DNA of 64,000 nt from a virus, in the IMG/VR virus record IMGVR_UViG_3300021961_000053, positions 1 to 64,000 of that record, one strand, 5' to 3'. Both the position numbers and the translations under genes were made by a program. Positions 1-9,500 of this stretch are shown here, piece by piece. Under the pieces are notes generated by a model. That model searched no databases, was not told the origin of the DNA, and saw only the letters and a program-made list of their open reading frames with translations. How positions within the stretch are numbered: the first letter of the stretch is position 1; every line of letters begins with the position of its first letter.

Positions 1-5
1 CCCTG

Positions 6-347
6 ATGGCAGCTCCTGCCCTTGCTGGTCCTTACGTTGAAAGCAAAACTACTTCTGGTGTTGCTTTTGCCAACGGTGACAGCACTTACAAAGGTGCTCA
101 AACCGAACTTCGTATTGGTTATGAAGAAAAAGTTGCTAAGGGTGTCACCGTCTATGGTGAGATTGGCCCTGGTTACGAGTGGAACACTGGTAAAACTAAA
201 AACGAAGAAGTTGCTGTTGCCGAAGTTGGCGTAAAGGCTAAGGTTGCCAAGAACGTTGGTGTTGCTGCCAAGGTTACTGGTGAGTATGGTAATCTTTCCA
301 AGGTTACCGATATCGGTGGCGAACTGAAAGTTCGTTATTCCTTCTGA
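6..347 (+). CDS. Outer-membrane beta-barrel (porin/OMP-like) protein, probably 5'-truncated by the window edge
   Basis: Signal-peptide tail (AAPALA), alternating amphipathic strands, C-terminal VRYSF BAM-type motif; frame is open back to the window start. Confidence 0.65.
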   Translation: MAAPALAGPYVESKTTSGVAFANGDSTYKGAQTELRIGYEEKVAKGVTVYGEIGPGYEWNTGKTKNEEVAVAEVGVKAKVAKNVGVAAKVTGEYGNLSKVTDIGGELKVRYSF

Positions 348-368
348 TCTATTATTAGATAATCTTAC

Positions 369-393
369 GGGACCTATAAGGGTCCCTTTTTTT
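369..393 (+). terminator. Rho-independent terminator
   Basis: GGGACC-tataag-GGTCCC followed by T7. Confidence 0.85.
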
Positions 394-426
394 GTATCTA
401 AATAAACTAGGTGTGAAAAGGTTTTT

Positions 427-744
427 ATGCTCTCTACTAATTATCGCTTACGCATGGAGTTTATCTGTGATCGCATCGTCAAAGGGGAGGAATTGAAGTT
501 AGAAGACATGATTTGGGCAGAGAAACTCTCTAAGCACAATAGAAGCGCCGCTACGATGCTTAGACAGGCGAGAAGACGTGCCAGCAACCCAGAGATGCAA
601 GAGGGCAGCCTAGACGATTTTATGAATGCCTTAGACCTAGGAGATCCAGATCCATCAAACCACAAGACAAGATTTGATGGTGCTGATGATATCGTAGATT
701 GGTTTTCTCAAGATAAGTCAGACGACTGGCGACAGAGGGATTGA
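427..744 (+). CDS. Hypothetical cyanophage protein (105 aa)
   Basis: ORF preceded by late-promoter-like CTAAATA (398-404). Confidence 0.75.
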   Translation: MLSTNYRLRMEFICDRIVKGEELKLEDMIWAEKLSKHNRSAATMLRQARRRASNPEMQEGSLDDFMNALDLGDPDPSNHKTRFDGADDIVDWFSQDKSDDWRQRD

Positions 745-769
745 CAAAACCTCAGAAACTCAGTAGAAT
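741..769 (+). promoter_or_regulatory. Sigma70-type promoter
   Basis: TTGACA-17 nt-TAGAAT. Confidence 0.75.
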
Positions 770-795
770 AAGTCTGTCCGAGTTTCAGAAGGGTA

Positions 796-999
796 ATGGC
801 TTTAGGAAATCAAGTAGAACAGAGCCTCAAAGAGGCAGAGCAATGTTTGCGTAATGCACTTGCTTTTGCTGCTAGAGCAGAGAGACCGATGGTATGCAAA
901 CAAATTGCTTCAATGATTGCAGAAATTGAGCATATCGGGTCATTTGATGGTATAATGGACAAACTAGAGGAGCTTTCCAATGACAAAGAAAAGTTTTAA
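796..999 (+). CDS. Hypothetical protein (67 aa)
   Basis: ORF downstream of sigma70 promoter. Confidence 0.7.
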   Translation: MALGNQVEQSLKEAEQCLRNALAFAARAERPMVCKQIASMIAEIEHIGSFDGIMDKLEELSNDKEKF

Positions 1000-1120
1000 G
1001 AAGATCGACAGCAAGGGTCACGAGGAGATCTGGGAATGGGATGAGACCCCTGAACTCAAGGCATTCATCAAGGGACAGACAATTACAAAACTGTCCGTAC
1101 CCCCTTCCCGTCCTACATAG
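980..1120 (+). CDS. Small hypothetical protein (46 aa, MTKKSFKKIDSKGHEEIWEW...)
   Basis: Manually translated ORF below track cutoff; overlaps previous stop. Confidence 0.55.
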   Translation: MTKKSFKKIDSKGHEEIWEWDETPELKAFIKGQTITKLSVPPSRPT

Positions 1121-1133
1121 TTCATGGTATAAT
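1077..1133 (+). promoter_or_regulatory. Palindrome + -10 early-type promoter module
   Basis: AGACA-N10-TGTCC, 31 nt, TATAAT. Confidence 0.6.
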
Positions 1134-1156
1134 TACTAGGTAATCAAGGCAAGACG

Positions 1157-1285
1157 ATGACTACGCTTCCCAACTGGCAACATCACAGTAAAAAAGAGCA
1201 GAAGCGTAGTCTGAAACCTCAGGCATTACGCCAAGCAAAAGCACGTAAGCAGGCACTGAAAGCAAAACTATTAGTGCGAATATGA
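1157..1285 (+). CDS. Small basic protein (42 aa, MTTLPNWQHHSKKEQKR...)
   Basis: Manually translated ORF directly after promoter. Confidence 0.55.
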   Translation: MTTLPNWQHHSKKEQKRSLKPQALRQAKARKQALKAKLLVRI

Positions 1286-1293
1286 ACCCCTAT

Positions 1294-1365
1294 GGGGGTG
1301 TAGCTTAATGGTTAGAGCGACCTGCTTATAACGGGTTAGTCTGGGTTCAAGTCCCAGCATCCCTA
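1294..1365 (+). tRNA. tRNA-Ile(UAU)
   Basis: Cloverleaf; anticodon arm ACCTG-CTTATAA-CGGGT; TTCAAG T-loop. Confidence 0.85.
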
Positions 1366-1368
1366 TTC

Positions 1369-1441
1369 GCTCCTTTAGCAATCTGGTGAATGCAGCGAAC
1401 TCATAATTCGCCTGAGGCGTGTTCAATCCACGCAAGGAGCA
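1369..1441 (+). tRNA. tRNA-Met(CAU), elongator type (Ile2 not excluded)
   Basis: GCTCCTT/AAGGAGC acceptor; GCGAA-CTCATAA-TTCGC; paired 1:72 so not initiator. Confidence 0.85.
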
Positions 1442-1446
1442 CCTAA

Positions 1447-1537
1447 GGAAGTGTGGCAGAGCGGTTTAATGCTGGGGATTGCTAATCCCTTGATACATGC
1501 TATAATGTATCCGTTGGTTCGAATCCAACCACTTCCG
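1447..1537 (+). tRNA. tRNA-Ser(GCU)
   Basis: Anticodon loop TTGCTAA, long variable arm, G discriminator. Confidence 0.92.
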
Positions 1538-1543
1538 CCTCAT

Positions 1544-1618
1544 TCCGAGATAGCCAAGCGGTAAGGCAGCGGGTTTTGGTCCCGCCATTCCTAGGTTCGA
1601 TTCCTAGTCTCGGAACCA
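1544..1618 (+). tRNA. tRNA-Gln(UUG)
   Basis: GCGGG-TTTTGGT-CCCGC; encoded CCA. Confidence 0.9.
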
Positions 1619-1621
1619 GTT

Positions 1622-1695
1622 ACTCTCTTAGCTCAGTGGATTAGAGCATCTGACTACGGATCAGAGGGTCGTAGGTTCAAGTCCTACAGAGAGTG
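1622..1695 (+). tRNA. tRNA-Arg(ACG)
   Basis: TCTGA-CTACGGA-TCAGA; full cloverleaf. Confidence 0.92.
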
Positions 1696-1698
1696 TCT

Positions 1699-1770
1699 GG
1701 GTTATTAACTCAGCGGTAGAGTATTCGGCTTTTAACCGATTAGTCGTTGGTTCAAATCCAACATAACCCA
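1699..1770 (+). tRNA. tRNA-Lys(UUU)
   Basis: Loop CTTTTAA; GGGTTAT/ATAACCC acceptor. Confidence 0.92.
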
Positions 1771-1774
1771 CCTT

Positions 1775-1846
1775 GGGAGATTAGCTCAGTGGTAGAGCAA
1801 CGTGCTGATAACGCGGAGGTCGCTAGTTCGAATCTAGCATTTCCCA
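1775..1846 (+). tRNA. tRNA-Ile(GAU)
   Basis: Loop CTGATAA; full cloverleaf. Confidence 0.92.
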
Positions 1847-1850
1847 CCTC

Positions 1851-1925
1851 GGTCTCATCGTCTAGTGGTTAGGACAACACTCTTTCACAGTGTAGACACG
1901 GGTTCAAGTCCCGTTGAGACTACCA
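1851..1925 (+). tRNA. tRNA-Glu(UUC)
   Basis: ACACT-CTTTCAC-AGTGT; encoded CCA. Confidence 0.92.
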
Positions 1926-1927
1926 AA

Positions 1928-2012
1928 GGGAGCATGGTGGAATCGGTAGACACACCAGACTTAAAATCTGTTGGGCATTACGCCCGTGGGAGTTCAAGTC
2001 TCCCTGCTCCTA
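1928..2012 (+). tRNA. tRNA-Leu(UAA)
   Basis: Loop CTTAAAA, long variable arm, no intron. Confidence 0.92.
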
Positions 2013-2047
2013 TTCCTGTTAAATAGTAACAGGATATACTAACAAAT

Positions 2048-2332
2048 GTGATGGCAGTTTTTAGATACACCATAACTAGGAAACATGTCTTCGTTGACAA
2101 TGAACCAGTTCTGATGTATTTTATTGAGAACATACCATTTGCATTTGATGTTTTAGAAGAGAACGAGAAACACGATAAGTGGATCTTGTCAGAAGCAGCA
2201 CTCAATCTAGAATACACTCTTGAAGATATCTTCAGGTATTCTGATTATTTGATTGCTGAAGAATGCCACCCTGTATTGTTTGAATTAGATTTAGTTAATC
2301 CAGAAGTTTTACCTGATGAACCAGTTTCTTGA
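2048..2332 (+). CDS. Hypothetical acidic protein (94 aa) upstream of cpeT
   Basis: ORF after late-promoter-like TTAAATA (2019-2025); overlaps cpeT start. Confidence 0.7.
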   Translation: MMAVFRYTITRKHVFVDNEPVLMYFIENIPFAFDVLEENEKHDKWILSEAALNLEYTLEDIFRYSDYLIAEECHPVLFELDLVNPEVLPDEPVS

Positions 2333-2855
2333 TCTATTAGAGGGCACCTTTGCTAACAAACGTCAGGCACAAGGACACCCTACTCGTTATGCACATATTC
2401 GGGTTCAACATCGGAAAATTTCCGATTGTCGCTTTTATGGCGAACAAGCATACAACTATCTTCTAAATAGACCATATCGCCAGTTCGTAATTGAAGTGGT
2501 AGATGAGGGTAATGAAGTAGATGGAAACATTTACCGTCTCAAAAACTATGAGATTGAAGACTCTCTAAGGTTTGCGGAATGCAAAAATCTAGAACTTATC
2601 ACTGATGAGATCTTGACATACCGCAAGGGGTGTGATATTATTATGAGGCAAGTCGGTCCAGCAGCATTCAAGGGTGGCACCTCCACCTGCGAGTGCTGGG
2701 TTGATTGGCAAGGCACGAAGACCTACGTTCAAAACGAGGTTCTGCTCACAGAGACAGATTACCAAGTGGTTGATCGTGGTCTTCATGCCGAAACCCATGC
2801 TAAAGTATGGGGGTCCGACTGGGGAGCGTTCAAGTTCGTCAGAATGGGGATGTAG
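2316..2855 (+). CDS. cpeT: CpeT/CpcT-family (T-type) phycobilin lyase
   Basis: Motifs G.F.N..QA..HP..YAHI, YGEQAY....PYRQ, GCD, DRG.......VWGS..G.F.F characteristic of T-type lyases. Confidence 0.9.
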   Translation: MNQFLDLLEGTFANKRQAQGHPTRYAHIRVQHRKISDCRFYGEQAYNYLLNRPYRQFVIEVVDEGNEVDGNIYRLKNYEIEDSLRFAECKNLELITDEILTYRKGCDIIMRQVGPAAFKGGTSTCECWVDWQGTKTYVQNEVLLTETDYQVVDRGLHAETHAKVWGSDWGAFKFVRMGM

Positions 2856-2918
2856 CTCAGTGGTTAGAGCACTAGCCTGTCACGCTAGTGGTCGTGGGTT
2901 CAAGTCCCATCATCCTCG
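2846..2918 (+). tRNA. tRNA-Asp(GUC)
   Basis: CTAGC-CTGTCAC-GCTAG; first 10 nt overlap cpeT 3' end. Confidence 0.92.
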
Positions 2919-2919
2919 T

Positions 2920-2961
2920 GGGTGGTTCGCGCTGGAAAGATAAACCAGAATGCCGCTACCC
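2920..2961 (+). ncRNA. Small structured inter-tRNA element
   Basis: GGGTGG/CTACCC closing stem enclosing CTGG-N9-CCAG hairpin. Confidence 0.35.
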
Positions 2962-2966
2962 TTCAT

Positions 2967-3038
2967 GCCATTTTAGCTCAGTGGTAGAGCAACCGCCTTG
3001 TAAGCGGTAGGTCGTCAGTTCGAATCTGACATGTGGCT
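2967..3038 (+). tRNA. tRNA-Thr(UGU)
   Basis: ACCGC-CTTGTAA-GCGGT; one acceptor mismatch. Confidence 0.9.
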
Positions 3039-3140
3039 TTGGTAGTCGCTAGGCACATAGCCTAGAAAGACGCCAACCTTCCGTTAGGGTTGGAAATGTC
3101 CGAATCTAATGGTCGTAGGGAAGTCCTCTAACACTTCCCA
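3039..3140 (+). ncRNA. Three consecutive hairpins between tRNAs
   Basis: TTGG..GTC.CTAGGC/GCCTAG..GAC.CCAA; CCGTTAGG..TTGGA/TCCGA..TCTAATGG; GGGAAGT/ACTTCCC. Confidence 0.4.
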
Positions 3141-3141
3141 T

Positions 3142-3216
3142 TTCCTCTGGTAGTCTATTGATAAGGACACCCCGACAAGGGAGTTGGAAACTGGGTTTGA
3201 TTCCCAGACAGAGGAA
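3142..3216 (+). ncRNA. tRNA-like RNA with non-canonical anticodon arm
   Basis: TTCCTCTG/CAGAGGAA acceptor, U8A9, GTCT/GGAC D-stem, CTGGG-TTTGATT-CCCAG T-arm; anticodon arm only CCC-GACAA-GGG. Confidence 0.6.
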
Positions 3217-3270
3217 GATAGAGGGCAAGCCTCTGTTATATCCTTGAGGTATATTACGCTTGTCCCATCT
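3216..3270 (+). ncRNA. Long bulged hairpin RNA element
   Basis: AGAT..GGGCAAGC/GCTTGTCC.ATCT with inner GTTATATCC-TTGA-GGTATATTAC. Confidence 0.4.
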
Positions 3271-3344
3271 GGGGAATTAGCTCAGTCTGGTAGAGCGCCT
3301 GCTTTGCAAGCAGGATGTCAGCGGTTCGAGTCCGCTATTCTCCA
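3271..3344 (+). tRNA. tRNA-Ala(UGC)
   Basis: CCTGC-TTTGCAA-GCAGG; G3:U70 pair. Confidence 0.93.
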
Positions 3345-3350
3345 CCTTAT

Positions 3351-3422
3351 TCCACAATAGCTCAGCGGTAGAGCCATCGACTGTTAATCGATTGGTCCCT
3401 GGTTCGAATCCAGGTTGTGGAG
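3351..3422 (+). tRNA. tRNA-Asn(GUU)
   Basis: ATCGA-CTGTTAA-TCGAT. Confidence 0.93.
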
Positions 3423-3437
3423 TTTTTAGAGGTTAAT

Positions 3438-3551
3438 ATGAATATCCGAGGTGATTGTACTTGGTCCGAACAATTCGGATACATTTATCTGTGTGTCAAA
3501 GAGATCACTAAAATTCTTATACTTGGAGATCGCTACCGCCCTAGTGTATAA
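3438..3551 (+). CDS. Small hypothetical protein (37 aa)
   Basis: AGAGG SD, ATG...TAA; manually translated. Confidence 0.45.
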   Translation: MNIRGDCTWSEQFGYIYLCVKEITKILILGDRYRPSV

Positions 3552-3554
3552 ATA
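3547..3554 (+). promoter_or_regulatory. T4-type late promoter
   Basis: Exact TATAAATA about 40 nt upstream of the giant structural gene. Confidence 0.85.
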
Positions 3555-3595
3555 AATCCTAGGATAAAAGCTTACACCGCAGGGTCAGTATAATC

Positions 3596-6500
3596 ATGCC
3601 ATTAACACGTCTGGATAACCTTATCAGCTCCAAAACTGGTAAGTATCTTTATGTTTCTCCTGATGACTTTAACGCCACAGATTCGTTATCAAACAGAGGT
3701 AATTCACCAGTTACCCCATTTAAGAGCATCCAACGTGCGTTCTTAGAAATCGCAAGATATTCATATACCCCTGGTCCATCTAACGATAGATTTGACCAGT
3801 TCAGCATCATGCTGATGCCTGGTATTCACTATATTGATAACCGTCCTGGTCTTGTAGATACCAGTGGTATTGATGTATTTGATTTCAACCAAGCTCTGAA
3901 TGCTTGGGGCGATGATCCTATCCTTGATATCTCAAATCCAGATAACATCCTTTACAGGTTCAACAACACTGAAGGTGGTGCTATTATCCCTAGAGGTTCT
4001 TCTCTTGTAGGTTATGACCTCAGAAGAACTACTGTTCGTCCTCTATACGTTCCTGATCCTGCATCTGTAACTGTTCCACGTTCTGCAATCTTTAACGTAA
4101 CTGGTGGTTGCTACTTCTGGCAATTCACTCTAAAGGATGGACAGACCACTGCTGAATCCCCTCTCTACAACCCTGCAGCAGGCACTGGTGAAGTATACTA
4201 TGATCCTAATGATTTCACTAGAAAAACTGCTCCTAACTTCTCTCACCACAAACTAACTGTATTTGAATATGCTGATAAGGAAGAGCTGCAACTCTTCTAC
4301 AGAAAGATTGCTAAGGCATTCTCTGCATATCAACCAACCATTGATGATGTATCACCAGAAGGTATTCCTGAGTTTGATTACAACGTTCAGGAAAATAGAA
4401 TCGTTGGTCCTCTATCTGACTCTCGTGTTATTGAGTCACTTAAATTCACGGATGCGACAACAAATCCTGCAATTCCATCATCAACCACTGAGATTGAAGT
4501 AACAACTAAGGTTGATCACGGTTACTTTGCTGGTCAGTTTGTTGCTATTTCTGGAACTGAAATTGATGATGAGATCGAAGGATTCTGGGGAATTTATGAC
4601 ATCTCTGATGATCCTCGTAAATTTACCTATCGTGTTCCTTTTGTTGTATCTGGAATCGGTCAAGGTCTATCGTCTGGAATTACCGTTAGTGTAGATACCA
4701 CTCCTGCATTAGGTCAGAACGCACAAGTTCTTGCGGAAGTTGATTCTGTTGAGTCTGCGTCACCATACGTTTTCAACGTTTCAATTCGTTCTGTCTGGGG
4801 TATTTGTGGTATCTGGGCAAATGGTTTGAAAGCCACTGGATTCAAATCCATGGTTATCGCTCAATACACGGGTGTTTCGCTTCAGAGAGACGATAGAGCA
4901 TTCATTCGCTACGACGAATACGCAAACACTTGGAACCAAGCATCACTAGTTGATGCATTTGCTAGTGTTCCTTACCACGCTAAGGGCGATTCCTACTGGA
5001 AGGATGACTGGAGAAACTTCCACGTTCGTGCTTCCGATGACGCATTCATCCAGAACGTTTCTATCTTCGCGGTTGGTTTCGCTGATCACTTCCTGATGGA
5101 GTCGGGTGGTGACATGTCGATCACCAACTCTAACTCAAACTTCGGTAATACCTCACTACACGCTATTGGTTTCAAAGGATTCTCCTTCAACCAAGATAAG
5201 GCAGGTTATATTACCGATATCATTCCTCCTCAGCAAGTTGTTGAGAGTGAGACAAATAGAAAGAGAGTTCTATACTATACTATTGACGTTCAGGGAACCA
5301 TCCAGGATGGAGCAAATCGCACCAAACTATATCTTGGTGGAACAGATCTAGACAATCCACTAGATCGTCCTGCTGCTACTATTGGTGGATATAGAATTGG
5401 TGGCAAGTCTGGTGATAAACTTTATGTAAAACTGGACAAAAAGAATAACATTGATACTTTCCAAACAACATTAAGTCCAACTGGTTTTGTTAAGTATATT
5501 GCTAAGGGTTCTATTCTCAATCCAAGTAACTATACTATTAATAATGTAAATGTTGACGCTGCTAATCTAATCGAAAGCAACCGTCGCATGATTCAGGAGG
5601 AAGTCTTCGGTTATATTCTAGAGAAGTATCCAAGACTCCAGAACATTTCATATGTCAATCCATCACTTAACCCTGCTGCTGGTCGTTACCTTGATGCCAA
5701 GAATCTAATCATTGCTAACCGTCAAGAGATTGTTGATACAGCTTTTGACGAGATGGTTGAGGCATTTGGTATTGGTAACATTCAAGGTGTTGCCGATGGT
5801 AAGTGCAAGCGTGACATTGGTTTCATCGTTGATGCTATCGCAGAAGACCTCAGAGATGGTGGTAATGCTAACATCATTGCTGCAACTAGAGAGTATTTTG
5901 ATGGCAATGGAGATGCAATTTCAAACGGTCTTGTTGGAGAAGAAGTTCCATCTGTATTTGCATTTAACAGAGCAAGAGATCTCTGCAAGAAAGCAATTGC
6001 TAACCTACTAACAGTTAAAGCATCTATCTACGATCCAGAGACTGATAACCTACTATCTCCTTATGGAGTTATCTCTGGAAGCACTGGATCTGCTGCTCTA
6101 GGACTAGACAGTGAAGGTGTAACTGTAGATAAGGCAAACAGACAAGATCCTGCTGGTCGTTATAAGGATGCTCGCAACAGAATTATTGCCAACCGTGACT
6201 TTATTCTTGACGCAGCACTAGCAGAAGTTGCTGTCTATCATGACGATTTCTACTTCCCAGGAACTGCACAGACTACTGCTAAGTCTCGTTTCTACGATGG
6301 ATTCAGAATGATCCGTCGCAACAACAAAGAGATTGCTGATAGAGCCCTTGCTAAGATTGCATTTGAGCATCCTGATTTCTACTTCCCAGGAGATGCTCAG
6401 ACCACTGCTGATTCAAGATTCTATGATTCATATCGTCTGATTCAGCAAAACAAAGATGAGATTCAAGACCGTGCATTAGCACAGATTGCAATCAACCATC

Positions 6501-9500
6501 CAGATTTCTACATTCCTGGTAGTGCTCAGACAACAACACAATCAAGATTCTTTGATTCATATCGTTTGATTCAACAGAACAGAACTGACATCATCAATAC
6601 AGCATGGAACAACATGGTTGCTGTATATCCTGGTGTTGTTGGTACTGAGACCAAGTGTAAGCGTGACCTAGGATACTTTGTTGATGCTATCTCCCTTGAC
6701 ATCTTCATGGGTGGTAACAAGTATGCCCGTAAGTTTGTCTCCATGTACTTTGCTAGTGGAGCACCTATTGGTAATGGTCTAGTTGGTGAAGAGGCAGAGA
6801 GCATCCGTGCATTCCAAGAGGCAAGAGACCTCATGGGTCAGGCAGTTGCTAACCAACTAGCAGTTAAGGATCTTTCACTGACTGCAGATCCTGCTACTGG
6901 TTCTAACATTGATCCTAACTCCTGCGCTAACGTTCAGTCTGCAATTGATTCTCTTACGCTCATCGTAACTGATGTAATTGCTGCTGGTTCTCTTGCTGGT
7001 ATGGCTGCAGAAACTCCTTACTCTATTGAGGCAGGTGAGCTCAAGTGCCGTAGAGACCTTGGATTCTTCATTGATGCTGTATCCCTTGACCTCTTTATTC
7101 GTGGCAATGAGTATTCATACAGATTTGCTGCTGAATACTTTGATGTCAATGGTGCTGCAATCAGCAATGGTCTAGTTGGTGAGACTGCAGAAAGCATCAC
7201 TGCTTTCAACAAAGCAAGAGACATGATGAAACTTGCTATCACCAATTCTCTATATGAGAAGGATCTAACTCTAACAGCAGATCCTGCAACTGGTGATAAC
7301 CAAGATCAAGCATCCTGTGCTAACGTTCAGTCAGCACTTGACACTCTGACAAGCATTGTCACAACCATCGTTGCTGCTGGTAACCTATCATCTCTACCTG
7401 TTGAAATCAACAAGGGTTCTGCTCCTGCAGGTATGGAGAAGTGTGGTCGTGACATTGGATACTTCATTGATGCAATTGCTGTTGATCTCTTCACTGGTGG
7501 TAACAAGCACACCAGAACCTTCATTCAGCAATACTTTGATGGTAACACACCTATTAGCAATGGTTTAGCGGGTGAAGAAGCTGAGAGCATCACTGCTTTC
7601 AACGAAGCTTCTGCATACATGCAGCTGGCAGTTACAAACGAACTATACTACAGAGATTTAACTGTTACTGCTGATCCTCTAACTGGAGACAACCAAGATC
7701 CTAATTCCTGTGCTAACGTTCGCTCTGCTATCTCAACGCTAACAACATACGTTACCGATGCTCTGACTGCAGGCAACCTCAACACTCTACCAACTGAGAA
7801 TGCTGGATCATTCCAGACTGGAGAACTCAAGTGCCGTAGAGACCTAGGATATGTTGTTGATGCTGTAGCACAAGACCTCTGGTTTGGTGGTAACGAATAC
7901 ACCATCGCAGCAACTAAGGAATACTTCAATGGTAACTCATTGATTGCTAACGGTGTTGATAACGAGATCGCACCTTCAATCACAGCATTCAAGAGAGCTG
8001 CAGATCTAATGAATCGTGCAGTCAATAACCAATACTACTACCGTGATCTTGGTCTAACCCTAGATCAAACTGGTGATCCAGCATTCGTTGCTGACATTCA
8101 TGCTGATGCATACAACCTTGTTCTTGATAACAAGGAGTTCATTGCTGCTGAGGCATATGAGCGTATGCTTGCTGCTTACCCATCATACCAACCATCTGCT
8201 GGTAACACCAAGCAGGATTGCCTAGATGACGTTTATGACGTTCTAGAAGAGGTAATGTGGGATGTCAAGTTTGGTGGCAACTCTAAGACCTATGATGCTG
8301 CAGAAATCTATGTAACTAACATCTTCAATGGTCAGCCTATTGATACTTTCCTAGATGCTGAGCGTGATGAAGCTGCTAAGGTATTCCTTGAGGCAAAGAA
8401 CATTGCTATCCAGTGCCTCAGAAATGAGACTGTAAGCGTATCTGCTGGCAATACTCTAACTCAAGTCAAAGACCTAACAATCGTCAATGATTGGGATGAT
8501 GACTTTGCTCCACTACCTCAGTGTGGTTCTGCTGCTGGTGCTGTAGATACTCTGTTTGGTATCATTCTACAGGCAGTAGGTAATGATGGTGGTGTTGGTA
8601 ACCTCAATGGAGTTACAAGAACTGCTCCTTCCCAACCATCAACCTATACATTAGGTAATTGCTCTGACGTTCTAGCAACAATTGATACTCTCATCGGTAT
8701 CGTTTGTGATGCTCTCTATGCTGGTAGCCTTGATACACTACCACCTCTAAGCAATGGTGAGTGGGATTGTGCTAACGTTCGTTCTTCAATTGAAAACCTC
8801 TTCGACATCATCACAGATGCCATTTCTAGCGGTTCTCTTGCTGGACTACCAGTTCTTAACCGTGGAGACTTCATCGTTAATGCAGAGTCTTCTAAGTGCT
8901 TCAGAGACGTTGCTTACATCGTTGATGCTATTGTTAATGACCTCAAGTACGGTGGTAACATCAACAGCGTACAGGCAGGTGAAGCATACTATGTTGGTAC
9001 TCAACTAGATTACATCGATGGCGAGAAAGCGGAAACAATTGATGCTTGGAACTACGTCGGTCAAATGGCAATCGCAGCAATGCGTAACTTTGACTTCCTT
9101 GCATATAACTGTGCCACAACCAATTCTTCTGCTCTTGTAACTATTCCTGATGCTGCTGGAACTGGAACCAGAGATGTTCCTGCTTCTGCAATCATTAATG
9201 TTGGAGACAACAGCGGTATTATCATCGGTATGAAGGTTGAGGAGTATCCATCTGGTTCTTACACCAATGGATTACTAAATGCTGGAGCTACACCAGTTAC
9301 CACAAACATTCCAGAAGGAACATATGTTAAGAGCTTGATCGGATCTGATAGCATTGAGTTGGGAACTTATGGTTCTCGCCTTGATAGTGGTGTAAATCAA
9401 AATTGTCAGCAACCACCAAGTTCAACCGTTTCCCTTTACTTCACCTACGAACAGGGTGCATGGGCGAACACAACACCTAAGACGGTTGTTGTTGGACCAG

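Noticed and set aside
1928-2012. Group I intron in tRNA-Leu(UAA)
   Set aside because: Anticodon loop is continuous; no insertion
2674-2943. 89-aa ORF overlapping cpeT and tRNA-Asp
   Set aside because: Runs through a tRNA, lacks an SD and has no recognisable features
6239-8040. Diversity-generating retroelement template/variable repeats
   Set aside because: Repeats are in-frame protein-domain duplications without adenine-specific variation; no reverse transcriptase in the window
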